Source: Euryarchaeota archaeon UBA53
GTDB taxonomy: Archaea; Thermoplasmatota; Poseidoniia; Poseidoniales; Poseidoniaceae
Assembly: GCA_002507425.1 (NCBI GenBank)
Contig: DAZU01000067.1
Span: forward strand, 2,502 to 66,501
Length of the DNA: 64,000 bases
Direction of reading: 5' to 3'
Part shown: piece after piece, positions 1-9,234 of the stretch
Position numbering within the stretch: position 1 is the first letter of the stretch
Layout of the letters: the number at the start of each line of letters is the position of its first letter
Translations under genes and position numbers: made by a program
The notes under the pieces: model-generated
What the model was told of the DNA's origin: nothing
Databases searched by the model: none
Seen by the model: only the letters and a program-made list of their open reading frames with translations

Positions 1-575
1 TGCAGGAAAAGCAGGTGACTATTGGAACAGTCACTCATAAATTACCAGCACCGTTCATCGTTATGGCAACACAAAACCCTGTTGAACAGGAAGGTACTTA
101 TCCACTACCTGAAGCTCAATTGGACCGTTTCATGTTCAAGATGAGTGTAGGTTATCCAGATCGTGCCGATGAAGATGAGATTCTCGCTAGACGTATCAAT
201 CGTGGAAAGGATGCAGTAGACGTCGACGTAATAACCGACCCGCAGCGTGTAATTGCAATGCAACAGGCTTGTGAAGACATTTATGTCGACCCAGCTCTGA
301 GAATGTATATGGTTGAAATTGTAACAAGAACAAGAGAGGACCCAAGAGTATTGGTCGGTTCCTCACCTCGTGGTTCTCAGGCACTTCTGAAAACCTCCCG
401 AGCAGCCGCTGCTTTACGAGGTCGTGATTTCGTTACACCGGATGACATAAAGACAGTTTCTGAACTTGCTCTAGCTCACAGAATTATTTTGAAACCAGAA
501 CACCAGATAAAAGGTTTAGAGTCGGGAGAAGTAATCCAAACAATCTTGAGAGAAGTACCTGTTCCAACAGTCTGA
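1..575 (+). CDS. moxR: MoxR-family AAA+ ATPase (5' partial)
   Basis: [22 protein letters not shown] and SPRG motifs typical of MoxR. The frame is open to the window edge (..QEKQVTIG), so the true start lies upstream. Confidence 0.93.
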   Translation, partial: QEKQVTIGTVTHKLPAPFIVMATQNPVEQEGTYPLPEAQLDRFMFKMSVGYPDRADEDEILARRINRGKDAVDVDVITDPQRVIAMQQACEDIYVDPALRMYMVEIVTRTREDPRVLVGSSPRGSQALLKTSRAAAALRGRDFVTPDDIKTVSELALAHRIILKPEHQIKGLESGEVIQTILREVPVPTV

Positions 576-607
576 TATTTCACTCAAATTATCCAAGGTG
601 ACGTAGT

Positions 608-1921
608 ATGTGGAGTCGCAAAAGTGCAATGTTAGGGTCATTGGCCGTAGCAATGTATTTGCTAGGTTTGACACTGAGGAATTCTCAATTAGTGACCATA
701 GCAGTTGTGATTTTTGTATTCCTTACATGGGCTGCATTGTTTGGAGGACATGCTGATGTTGCTGCGAGTGGTCGCCGTGCCGAAGAATGGACTGGAGAGG
801 AGGGCATATCTTTGTCCAACGTGTCTGCTATGCGTAAGTTGTCCAGTGCGAGAATTTTTGAAGATGGTGAAGTTTCTGTAACACTAAGAATGCAGAACAA
901 TTCGGCCCTTGGCAAAATTCTAGAGGTTAAGGATCGTGTTCCCGAGGTTATGAGAATAAAGGATGGTGCGAATTATATTTTGATGGAACTGGGGCCAAGG
1001 AGAGAGACCTTCATTGAATATACTGTTGAGTGCCCACTGCGAGGATTCTATAGTTTAGGGCCTGTTGCTGTTAGGGTTCAAGATCCGTTTGGCTTATTTC
1101 ACAAGGAAAAGGAATTGCATGTCTACAATGACTTCCTGGTGTTTCCCAAGATGGAGGATTTGAAAGACACCTTTGTTAAATCTAGAGTCCCCAAGATTTT
1201 CACAGGAGCGGTTAACATTCGTCAACCGGGTCCAGGGTCCGAATTTTATTCCTTGAGAGAGTATTTCGATGGGGACTCATTTAGAGCAATAAATTGGTCA
1301 GCGTATGCTCGCAGTGGTCGCTTGATGGTAAATGAAAGGGAAAGAGATGCTGTAAGCGATATTATCTTGATTGTTGATTCAAGGGCTGTTTCTGAGACAG
1401 GCCCAGTTTCCCGAAACGCCCTAGTTTATTCTACTAGAGCGGCCGCTAGTCTAGCTAAATATTTCCTAGGGCGAAGAGACTCAGTAGGTTTGATTACCTA
1501 CGGTGATGAGGTTGTTAGCATAGATCGTGATACAGGAAAGAAGCAATTGTATGTTATTTTGACAAAGTTAGCTGGAGCAATGGCGAAAGGCAATATTCCC
1601 TTACAGGTGGTTGTAAACAGGATTCTTCCACACATAAACAAAGGAAGCCCAATTATAGTTCTCTCAAACCTAGAGGATGACCCTACGGTTGTCAATGCTC
1701 TAAGAGATTTTAGAGCTAGGGATTTCGATGTAACTGTTCTGTCGCCCTCTAGCCTTGAGTTTGAATTCGACGCTAGAAGACTAGACAGAACGGGTTATGA
1801 GGTTCTAAAAACAGAAAGAGATGTTCTCATAAGCGAATTACGAGGCTTAGGTGTCAACATTATGGATTGGGAGCCAGACATGCTATTGTCGACCGCGCTT
1901 GCCGGAGCAAGAGGATTCTAG
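608..1921 (+). CDS. DUF58 domain protein with N-terminal TM hairpin
   Basis: EFYSLREYFDGDSFRAINWSAYAR..LMVNE motif of DUF58; follows moxR; GGTGA RBS 6 nt before the ATG. Confidence 0.9.
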   Translation: MWSRKSAMLGSLAVAMYLLGLTLRNSQLVTIAVVIFVFLTWAALFGGHADVAASGRRAEEWTGEEGISLSNVSAMRKLSSARIFEDGEVSVTLRMQNNSALGKILEVKDRVPEVMRIKDGANYILMELGPRRETFIEYTVECPLRGFYSLGPVAVRVQDPFGLFHKEKELHVYNDFLVFPKMEDLKDTFVKSRVPKIFTGAVNIRQPGPGSEFYSLREYFDGDSFRAINWSAYARSGRLMVNERERDAVSDIILIVDSRAVSETGPVSRNALVYSTRAAASLAKYFLGRRDSVGLITYGDEVVSIDRDTGKKQLYVILTKLAGAMAKGNIPLQVVVNRILPHINKGSPIIVLSNLEDDPTVVNALRDFRARDFDVTVLSPSSLEFEFDARRLDRTGYEVLKTERDVLISELRGLGVNIMDWEPDMLLSTALAGARGF

Positions 1922-1932
1922 AGGTTTTTACT

Positions 1933-2847
1933 ATGGCAAATAAATCCGGAGATACATCACATCTATACGATGGCAAAACAGTGCGCTCATCTGCACCCTC
2001 AAGAAAAAAATTAGCCGGTAAAATGTCCGGTGGTTCAGAAATTCCTAAAGACGCAATCCCTGGTGTGGAAATACCTTCATTTGTTGAAAGTTTACTAGGG
2101 GGGCCCCTTGTTCCAAAAATGAAATTCTTACCAGCAGATAAAATGGTCCAGAATCTACAACTTGGATGCTATGGTGTATTAATCGCTCTAGGTATCCTAA
2201 CTTACATCGTAACACCTGCTGTTGGAACCCTATGGTATGCAATAACGGGTTCAATTGGAATTGCAAATATATTGCAACTAATCGTAGTAGTTGGGGCTAT
2301 TGGAACTGGATTTTGGGGAACGATGAGTAGAGATGCTAGATATCTGTTAATATCTTATGTTCTGTTCATACTATCAGTAATGAGATTTGCATCATCAAAG
2401 GTCTCACTTTCACAAGATATATTCGGTCTAGGTGACAGCGATTTCTTGCTAACTATCCTTGTGGTTACCTATGCAGTTTTACTTGTGATGTATTTCGAAT
2501 TGTCCAACGGTGTTCTTAGATTCAGTATGTTAGATACCTCGATAAGAACTAGAGAAGTGTATGTAATGAACGTTAAGAAAATCATTGGAAAATACCATCG
2601 TTCACTGATAATTAATCCAATTATCGCCGGAGCTTTGGCCATGTTAGTATTATCTGTAAACACTATTTTACCTGCGATTGTGTCCCTATTCTCAGAGCAA
2701 ATAGCACTCAGAATGGAAGAGTCGGTTGAATTAATATCAGTTTATGGAGTAGCGCTTGGAACACTGTTTGTATTCTTAGTAGTCGGGGGATTATTCGCTT
2801 TAGATTTACCAACTCATTTGCAGTCTTGGAGAGAGAATAAAGAATGA
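1933..2847 (+). CDS. Multi-pass membrane protein, hypothetical
   Basis: About 6 hydrophobic segments. ATG at 1933 follows GAGG and is preferred over the ORF-track start at 1867, which overlaps DUF58. Confidence 0.75.
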   Translation: MANKSGDTSHLYDGKTVRSSAPSRKKLAGKMSGGSEIPKDAIPGVEIPSFVESLLGGPLVPKMKFLPADKMVQNLQLGCYGVLIALGILTYIVTPAVGTLWYAITGSIGIANILQLIVVVGAIGTGFWGTMSRDARYLLISYVLFILSVMRFASSKVSLSQDIFGLGDSDFLLTILVVTYAVLLVMYFELSNGVLRFSMLDTSIRTREVYVMNVKKIIGKYHRSLIINPIIAGALAMLVLSVNTILPAIVSLFSEQIALRMEESVELISVYGVALGTLFVFLVVGGLFALDLPTHLQSWRENKE

Positions 2848-4058
2848 TACAAATTTCTTATCTCTTGAGATAAGTTTTCACATTCTATGATTATTCGAGT
2901 GGCGAATTCATTTTTTGATACAATTTCATACTCGCTGGGTACTTTGCAATCTCCTATAATCGATACTATTGCAGTTTTGAATTCAGTTTTCCCCTGAACA
3001 TATTCTTCGAGTCTATCAAAATCAAAGGTAGGTATTACTAATTTCATACTCTCAGGAGTAGATTTCATCAACCATGGCGTGATTTCGTATTCTTCAATTT
3101 TTGACAACAGCAAACTGCTAAGTGGTTTATCATCTGAAATCACTGCTACGCCCGGGTGGCACCCTATTGCAATGACTCCTTTGTTGATTAAGTCAGGCCC
3201 TATTATAGTAGGTGGTTCTGAGGTTGGATTGTGGAAATTTCTGACCTCCACCGGTATTCCCAATTCAGTTATTGGTGAAACGGTTGCTCTGTGAATTATT
3301 GGAGTCCCATGCATTGATAATTCGTATGCTTGTTCATAGCCTAGATAAGGTATACTTGGAGTATCTAAGCCCCAACGTGGATTTAACCTCTTTATGCCAT
3401 CAACGTCTTTCCATAATATCAGTTTTCTAGCATCGAGAAGGTTTGCGAAGGCTGCTGCTGAGTGATCTGATCCACCTCTGGATAAGACTGCAATATTTCC
3501 ATCCTCTCCCTCTCCAAACCATCCAGTTAATATTGGAATTCCAGTAAGTTTCTCCCTATCCAAATATTTTGAAGACATATCTATGTCAATTTCTGTTGCA
3601 CCAGTTCTGCCTTTTAATTTCAAACCAATGTCTTCTGCTCCAATCGGATGGGCTTCATCGACACCAGTATCTCTTAATTTGTGAGCTATTGCGAGCGCAC
3701 TCAACCTTTCTCCTGCGGCAAGAATTAGGTTTTTGCAATTTGAAGAAGCTTCACCGGAGGTATACTCCAAGAGGTTATTCTCAATACCAGAAATTACTTT
3801 TTCGAATAAATACCCGAATGGTCCCAGATCTAAACCCGGTGCGAATATAAGATGTTGAGATCTCAAATCTTGCACTAATCTACCTGCATACGTTGGATCG
3901 TTTTCTGCACGTATTAGCCTGTCTGTCATTCCCCAAAGGGCTGAAACTACTATTACTGGTCTATCACTACTTTGTTTAATAATCTCAGCAATTCGTTCAA
4001 TATCCTCTTTTTCTCTGAGGCATGAGCCACCGAATTTGTGAACAGTTATGTCAACCAT
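2814..4058 (-). CDS. lysC: Aspartate kinase
   Basis: VHKFGGS, VIVVSA, GERLSA, LSRGGSDHSA, WKDVDG motifs; short degenerate ACT-like C-terminus. Confidence 0.88.
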   Translation of the reverse strand: MVDITVHKFGGSCLREKEDIERIAEIIKQSSDRPVIVVSALWGMTDRLIRAENDPTYAGRLVQDLRSQHLIFAPGLDLGPFGYLFEKVISGIENNLLEYTSGEASSNCKNLILAAGERLSALAIAHKLRDTGVDEAHPIGAEDIGLKLKGRTGATEIDIDMSSKYLDREKLTGIPILTGWFGEGEDGNIAVLSRGGSDHSAAAFANLLDARKLILWKDVDGIKRLNPRWGLDTPSIPYLGYEQAYELSMHGTPIIHRATVSPITELGIPVEVRNFHNPTSEPPTIIGPDLINKGVIAIGCHPGVAVISDDKPLSSLLLSKIEEYEITPWLMKSTPESMKLVIPTFDFDRLEEYVQGKTEFKTAIVSIIGDCKVPSEYEIVSKNEFATRIIIECENLSQEIRNLYHSLFSLQDCK

Positions 4059-5040
4059 CAATGTAACCTCCTTGAATTCCCAAATCCAGAATGACTAATC
4101 TTGCAACAGCTTCTACAACTGGTCTGGCTCTTGGAGCAATGACGGGGTCGTGTCTACCCTCAATTGCAAGTTCTTCCATCAGCCCAGTAACCTGATTGAA
4201 TGTTTCTTGAGGTAATGAAATTCCGCTAGGTGGCTTGAAGGTGATTCTAACGCTTATCGGAGCGCCGCTCGCCATTCCGCCTAGAGCACCATCTGCTCCC
4301 TCAGAAAGAGACATATCCTTTCCCCAAACATCGTTATGCTCACTGCCTCGCATAAATCCTGCATCTACCCCTCTGCCAAATTCAACAGCTCGAGCAGCTG
4401 GTATTGCCATTAGCGCTCTTGATAACACAGGTTCTATACCATCAAACCAAGGTTCTCCCAGTCCTACTGGGAGCCCAGAGATTACCAAATCAACTCGACT
4501 TCCGAGAGAGTCGCCTGCCTTGCGTGCCTTCTCTGCAAGGGCTATCCCTTCTTCTCCCTCAAGACCACCAAGGGCCCCCACTGTCGCCTCAATCTTCCAG
4601 TCTTCCGGAATTGCAACCCTTGAAATTGACGATGCAGCTACTAATCCTGCGGTTAGTCTTGCGGAGAATGACCCGCCTCCTCTAAGGTCGGCAGCCCCGT
4701 CACTTTTGACGCTGATGGGATGGTCAACATGACCAGGTCTTGGTTGATATGGGAGGAATGAATAATCCTTTGACCTTACATCTTTATTTCGAATTAGTAA
4801 AAGAATAGGCATACCTGTCGTTTTGCCGTTGTGGACCCCGGATAATATCTCAACTTCATCGGTTTCCTTCCTTTTACTTGCTAAACCAGAGCCAGGTCTT
4901 CTCGAAATCATATCATTCATTAATTGATCAACGTTCAACTCGGTATTTGCTGGCATACCTTCAATCAATGCGCCAACTGCTAAGCCATGGGACTCTCCAA
5001 AAAGAGTCACAACTACGTTCTCGCCCAAGCTCATTCTCAT
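4051..5040 (-). CDS. aroC: Chorismate synthase
   Basis: FGESHG, RPGH, GGGSFSARLT and GRHDP signatures. Confidence 0.96.
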   Translation of the reverse strand: MRMSLGENVVVTLFGESHGLAVGALIEGMPANTELNVDQLMNDMISRRPGSGLASKRKETDEVEILSGVHNGKTTGMPILLLIRNKDVRSKDYSFLPYQPRPGHVDHPISVKSDGAADLRGGGSFSARLTAGLVAASSISRVAIPEDWKIEATVGALGGLEGEEGIALAEKARKAGDSLGSRVDLVISGLPVGLGEPWFDGIEPVLSRALMAIPAARAVEFGRGVDAGFMRGSEHNDVWGKDMSLSEGADGALGGMASGAPISVRITFKPPSGISLPQETFNQVTGLMEELAIEGRHDPVIAPRARPVVEAVARLVILDLGIQGGYIDG

Positions 5041-5087
5041 ATGAACCGTAATACTTCACTAGGTACCTATTCAAGAATGTGTGGTTT

Positions 5088-5966
5088 CTATTGTTCATAC
5101 ACAATTTCCTTGTTAAGAACCGATGTTTCCATTATCTCGACATCATCATAACGATTATACCAATTTTTTAATCTCTCAATTGTGGGCTTACTAACACTTG
5201 GTAAAAATATCACGAGGGCAGGACCAGAGCCAGTAATTCCTGCTGCTCTAGCACCATTTACAAATGCGTCATTTGTCATTCTTCTCCCCATCGGGTCATT
5301 AAGGGCGCTAACAACTGCCCTTCCATTGAGTGTTAATGCAACTAAATCTTTTCCTTCTTGTAGTGCAGTTAAGGCTTGAGCGAAGGATTGTTGTTGAAAA
5401 GAAAAACTCTCCAAGGATGGTTTTTCAACCCTATCTCCACGAAGTAGAATTAACACTGTCCAGTCTACTGAATTAGGCCCAGGCGCTTCCAACAAAAGTC
5501 CTTGCTCAGCATTCTCAGCATTAACATCGACAAGTTTCCAACCACCTTCGATTGCAGCCCATGAATCATCAAAACTCCCGGTAATTGAAACTCCCGCTGC
5601 TATTTGCGCAGCAGCAGCTATGTCGACAATTTCTCCGTCGGCAAGATTTGTGTCAGTAGCATCACATAGTGCTCTGATTGCAGCTACCGAAATTGCTGAA
5701 CTGGACTTCAGACCCTGCCTTGGCGGGATTTTAGATGCAACCGACCAAAAAAACTCTCCGTTTGGTAAACTATGACCCGCACTTTTCCATGAATCCAAAA
5801 CCTTAGTGAGTAAATCATCGGGGTCATCTAAGTCTTTTCTTGGTTTCTTATCAAGAAGTTTCACTTTTGCTTGTAGATCCAATGCTAAAGAAGCTCCATA
5901 GCCCAATCCTGCCGCATGAAGAAGGCTACATGCTCCATTCGCAGACCCACTCCCAATTACGGCCAA
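5088..5966 (-). CDS. aroK: Archaeal (GHMP-family) shikimate kinase
   Basis: IPPRQGLKSSSA GHMP loop, SITGSFDD, GITGSGPA; position in the aro cluster; TTG start 4 nt after GGTGA. Confidence 0.9.
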   Translation of the reverse strand: MAVIGSGSANGACSLLHAAGLGYGASLALDLQAKVKLLDKKPRKDLDDPDDLLTKVLDSWKSAGHSLPNGEFFWSVASKIPPRQGLKSSSAISVAAIRALCDATDTNLADGEIVDIAAAAQIAAGVSITGSFDDSWAAIEGGWKLVDVNAENAEQGLLLEAPGPNSVDWTVLILLRGDRVEKPSLESFSFQQQSFAQALTALQEGKDLVALTLNGRAVVSALNDPMGRRMTNDAFVNGARAAGITGSGPALVIFLPSVSKPTIERLKNWYNRYDDVEIMETSVLNKEIVYEQ

Positions 5967-5974
5967 ACAATCAC

Positions 5975-6949
5975 CTATTTTTCTTCAACTTCTGCATTTA
6001 TTGGAATCCCAATGTGCCTTCCTGCTCCACCCACATATCCTAGTAATTTCATTCCGGCCTCCAAATGTGTTACCGATATGAGTTCCTTGGAAATGTCCAC
6101 TAGTCTAACAGTCTCCGCTTGCTGCAGGAAGAGACCTGATTGATTATTGTTTTCATCTTTCCATTCTATATGCAAAAATGGCCTTTTTTCAATCTTAACA
6201 CGACCTATTTTCATGGGTCGTTGTGTTGTATCTCTCGATATGACTTTTACCTCATCCCCCATTTTCAATTCAGAAAGGTAGCGAGTGGTTCCATCGGCCA
6301 TTAGCGTATACGAATGAACTGCCCCAGCATTAACTCTAAATGGCCTAACTGGAACGAATTCAGACTCAACAGTTTCTCCGTGAACTAGAGCTAGAGCGGA
6401 AGAACTCGACCCAACTAACATACCCTCGCCGTTTTGTAATAAGCCAGTAAAATCAACACAAACTCTGTCCCCAACACCACCTTCTTTTACTGAGGTAACC
6501 TCAAGGATGTTTAGGCTGAAATCACTTGATTCACTGACATACTGAATGCTTTTCTTTGATTCTAATTTCTGAGCCTTGACAATTAAAGCATTTTCAAGAA
6601 CAGATTCTGTGACAAGAAGAGCATCAACTCCTATTTCTAGAGCAAAAGCAGCTCCTAACAATTGTTCAGAGCTAGATATTCGTGCTGCAACCCTCGTTGG
6701 GGTTCCGTCACATGCAGCGATTATATTTTCAATCGGAATCATCTTCCAATCACCTAAATCTAGTAAAATCCACTCAATGCTTCCAGCCATTGATCTTGCG
6801 GTCGACTGGCCTTCAGAATCGCTTACATCTACTCTTCTTCCAACTATTTTGTCCTTGATGTAAATAGCGTTACCATCGATGAGCAAATCTTCACCGTTAA
6901 CCAAATCAACGCCATTCAACCTCTGACCAGAATCTAACCAAATTTGCAT
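5975..6949 (-). CDS. aroB': 3-dehydroquinate synthase II (archaeal AroB')
   Basis: WKMIPIENIIA, GDRVCVD, PFRVNAGAVHSY, YLSEL, KIEKRP, QQAETVRL motifs of the DHQS-II family. Confidence 0.93.
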   Translation of the reverse strand: MQIWLDSGQRLNGVDLVNGEDLLIDGNAIYIKDKIVGRRVDVSDSEGQSTARSMAGSIEWILLDLGDWKMIPIENIIAACDGTPTRVAARISSSEQLLGAAFALEIGVDALLVTESVLENALIVKAQKLESKKSIQYVSESSDFSLNILEVTSVKEGGVGDRVCVDFTGLLQNGEGMLVGSSSSALALVHGETVESEFVPVRPFRVNAGAVHSYTLMADGTTRYLSELKMGDEVKVISRDTTQRPMKIGRVKIEKRPFLHIEWKDENNNQSGLFLQQAETVRLVDISKELISVTHLEAGMKLLGYVGGAGRHIGIPINAEVEEK

Positions 6950-6953
6950 AAAT

Positions 6954-7724
6954 TCACAGTCCTAATTCATTCATTGCTTCATCTACACTTGACCCGGTAT
7001 GAACAATCATCCGGAGGGCCTTGACCAGCTTCTCAGGACTTTTATGAGAAAATACTTGTCTTCCCATACAAACACCAGAACCTCCCGCTTGAATGGAATC
7101 ATGGACAATTGACAAAATCTCTCTATCACTAGAACCGGAGGGGCCACCTGCGATTAGAACAGGAATTGGTACAGATTCAGTAACTTTTCTAAAGGATTCT
7201 ATGGAGCCAGTCCATGTTGTCTTCACAACGTTACATCCAATTTCAAAAGCAAGCCTTGCAGCATGTGCAGCACCAAATGTATCGTCATTATCCATAATGT
7301 CGAGATTCTCACCTCTTGGATATATCATTCCAAGCACAGGTACTTCCAAATCATATGCCTGGCCAGTCACCGAACCTAGTCTTTCAATCATTTCGGGTTC
7401 TGCATAACTTCCCATATTTACTTGAACACTTACTCCTTTTGCCCCTCTTGCTTTGGCTTCCCTTACCGTTCCAACAAGCCTTTTGTCACTGCTCCTTGTC
7501 CCAGCATGACGTGTAGATGCTGACAGGTGTGCAATCATGTTTACTTTTTTATCGTTGTAATGAGATAATATCCCTTTGTGCACTACAATCGCGTCAGCTT
7601 CGGAAATTTTATCGATAATTTTGTCAAGATTTTCAAGGCCTTCAACTGGATAGTCTGAAACTGCGTGATCGATCGGTATCCAAACACCTTTTCCGGCAGG
7701 CAGTATTGCGTCAACGCCCCTCAT
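6954..7724 (-). CDS. aroA': 2-amino-3,7-dideoxy-D-threo-hept-6-ulosonate synthase (DhnA-type class I aldolase, AroA')
   Basis: PIDH, HLSAST, YPRG, VVKT (Schiff-base Lys), IAGG, MGRQVF; directly upstream of DHQS-II. Confidence 0.87.
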   Translation of the reverse strand: MRGVDAILPAGKGVWIPIDHAVSDYPVEGLENLDKIIDKISEADAIVVHKGILSHYNDKKVNMIAHLSASTRHAGTRSSDKRLVGTVREAKARGAKGVSVQVNMGSYAEPEMIERLGSVTGQAYDLEVPVLGMIYPRGENLDIMDNDDTFGAAHAARLAFEIGCNVVKTTWTGSIESFRKVTESVPIPVLIAGGPSGSSDREILSIVHDSIQAGGSGVCMGRQVFSHKSPEKLVKALRMIVHTGSSVDEAMNELGL

Positions 7725-7759
7725 GGACAGGCCTAGGGGTGATTAATTAGAAAGTATTC

Positions 7760-8449
7760 CTACTTCGACTGATGGACTTTAACAACCCATTCCATTAGTG
7801 ATGCTTCTGCTTTCGCTAAGTGCTCTTGAAGGGTTGATCTTGGTATATTAGAAAGTTCAGAGAGTTCTTTTTTTGTAATTTTTCTTGGATTTTGATAAAA
7901 TCCTGATTGCACTGCAATTACTGCTATCTCAAGTTGTTTTGGAGTAAGAATTTTCAATACACTATCTTCCATTTCTTCGACATCGACCACCTTGACACTG
8001 TCAGGAGGGAATATACTTCTAGCAGCCTTCAGGAAGCCACTCACACCCTCTGGAAGTCCTCTGATTGTTATCTGTACTCCATTGTCATCTATCAAATAAG
8101 GTGGAATCACGTGAAGACTGTCAAAGTTAATCGCAGCAACGGAAAGGGGATGTCTATTCCAAACGACGATATAACCCTCTTCTCCATGCTGAGGCATCGG
8201 GTATGGATTCAAAGGTCCTTCTACCTCTAAATATGGAATTTCGTTGAGCTCTTGTGAACTATTTGCAGTTCGAAATTTAATCTTAACAAGTTGTCTTACC
8301 CCTTCCTTGGTGACTTCTAAGTGTGCAACTACCTCAAATAATGATGTTACTTGAGTAATCTCAGATATATCTGATGAATCGACTGAATCAGGACTCCACT
8401 TGAGTTGAACTTCTCGCACGGTATATTGTGGTAAAACCTCGTTTATCAA
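7760..8449 (-). CDS. Bat/HTH_10-family transcriptional regulator
   Basis: C-terminal LTPKQLEI..A...GFYQNPRKIT..EL......RSTLQEHLAKAE matches the HTH_10 pattern; start codon uncertain. Confidence 0.85.
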   Translation of the reverse strand: MINEVLPQYTVREVQLKWSPDSVDSSDISEITQVTSLFEVVAHLEVTKEGVRQLVKIKFRTANSSQELNEIPYLEVEGPLNPYPMPQHGEEGYIVVWNRHPLSVAAINFDSLHVIPPYLIDDNGVQITIRGLPEGVSGFLKAARSIFPPDSVKVVDVEEMEDSVLKILTPKQLEIAVIAVQSGFYQNPRKITKKELSELSNIPRSTLQEHLAKAEASLMEWVVKVHQSK

Positions 8450-8506
8450 TAATGGCCTTCTATTAACAAGTAAATTATACTCAATTAACTTGGGGTAGGT
8501 ATTAAC

Positions 8507-9190
8507 ATGTCAATGATTGAGATGAAGGGGATAAAAAGGCATTATGATATGGCCTCGGGAGTCGTGAAGGCATTGGATGGGGTTGATATTTCCATTGAGG
8601 AAGGTGAAAGAGTTCTTCTTCTTGGTCCCTCAGGATCCGGAAAAACCACATTACTAAATTGCCTATCAGGCCTAGATAGTCCTACCTCAGGAATTTACAC
8701 ATTCAATGGTCAAGAAGTTCCGAGAAACCACTCAGAAAAAATGACGGCATTTAGGAGAGAAAACATAGGCTATGTATTCCAATTTTTCAATCTTTTACAG
8801 GACCTTACAGTCCTAGAAAACATATTGTTAATCCAAGAATTGTCGGGAAAAAAAGATGAAAAAAGGGCTCGAGAATTATTAGATTTAGTTGGCCTCAGTG
8901 CTGAAATCGATCGATTTCCAGGCGAAATAAGTGGTGGTCAACAACAAAGAGTTGCTATTGCAAGGAGTATTGCAAAGAAGCCTAGTTTGCTACTTGGAGA
9001 TGAGTTGACGGGGAATTTAGACACGGAAACATCAACAAAGGTAATGGAGGCGTTGGTAAATGCGTGTGATCAAGAAAAGATAACTTCTGTATTTGTGACT
9101 CATGATGAAAGTCTCGTAAAGTATTCCACTAGAGTTATCAGAGTCGATAGCGGCAAGGTTATTTCTGATTCTAAGGATGAGGTCTCTTGA
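8507..9190 (+). CDS. ABC transporter ATP-binding protein, LolD/MacB type
   Basis: GPSGSGKT, GYVFQFFNL, ISGGQQQRVAIAR, DELTGNLD, VTHD. Confidence 0.95.
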   Translation: MSMIEMKGIKRHYDMASGVVKALDGVDISIEEGERVLLLGPSGSGKTTLLNCLSGLDSPTSGIYTFNGQEVPRNHSEKMTAFRRENIGYVFQFFNLLQDLTVLENILLIQELSGKKDEKRARELLDLVGLSAEIDRFPGEISGGQQQRVAIARSIAKKPSLLLGDELTGNLDTETSTKVMEALVNACDQEKITSVFVTHDESLVKYSTRVIRVDSGKVISDSKDEVS

Positions 9191-9234
9191 TAATTGTTTA
9201 TCATGGAATACAGAACTGGATATAAGTGATTTAA

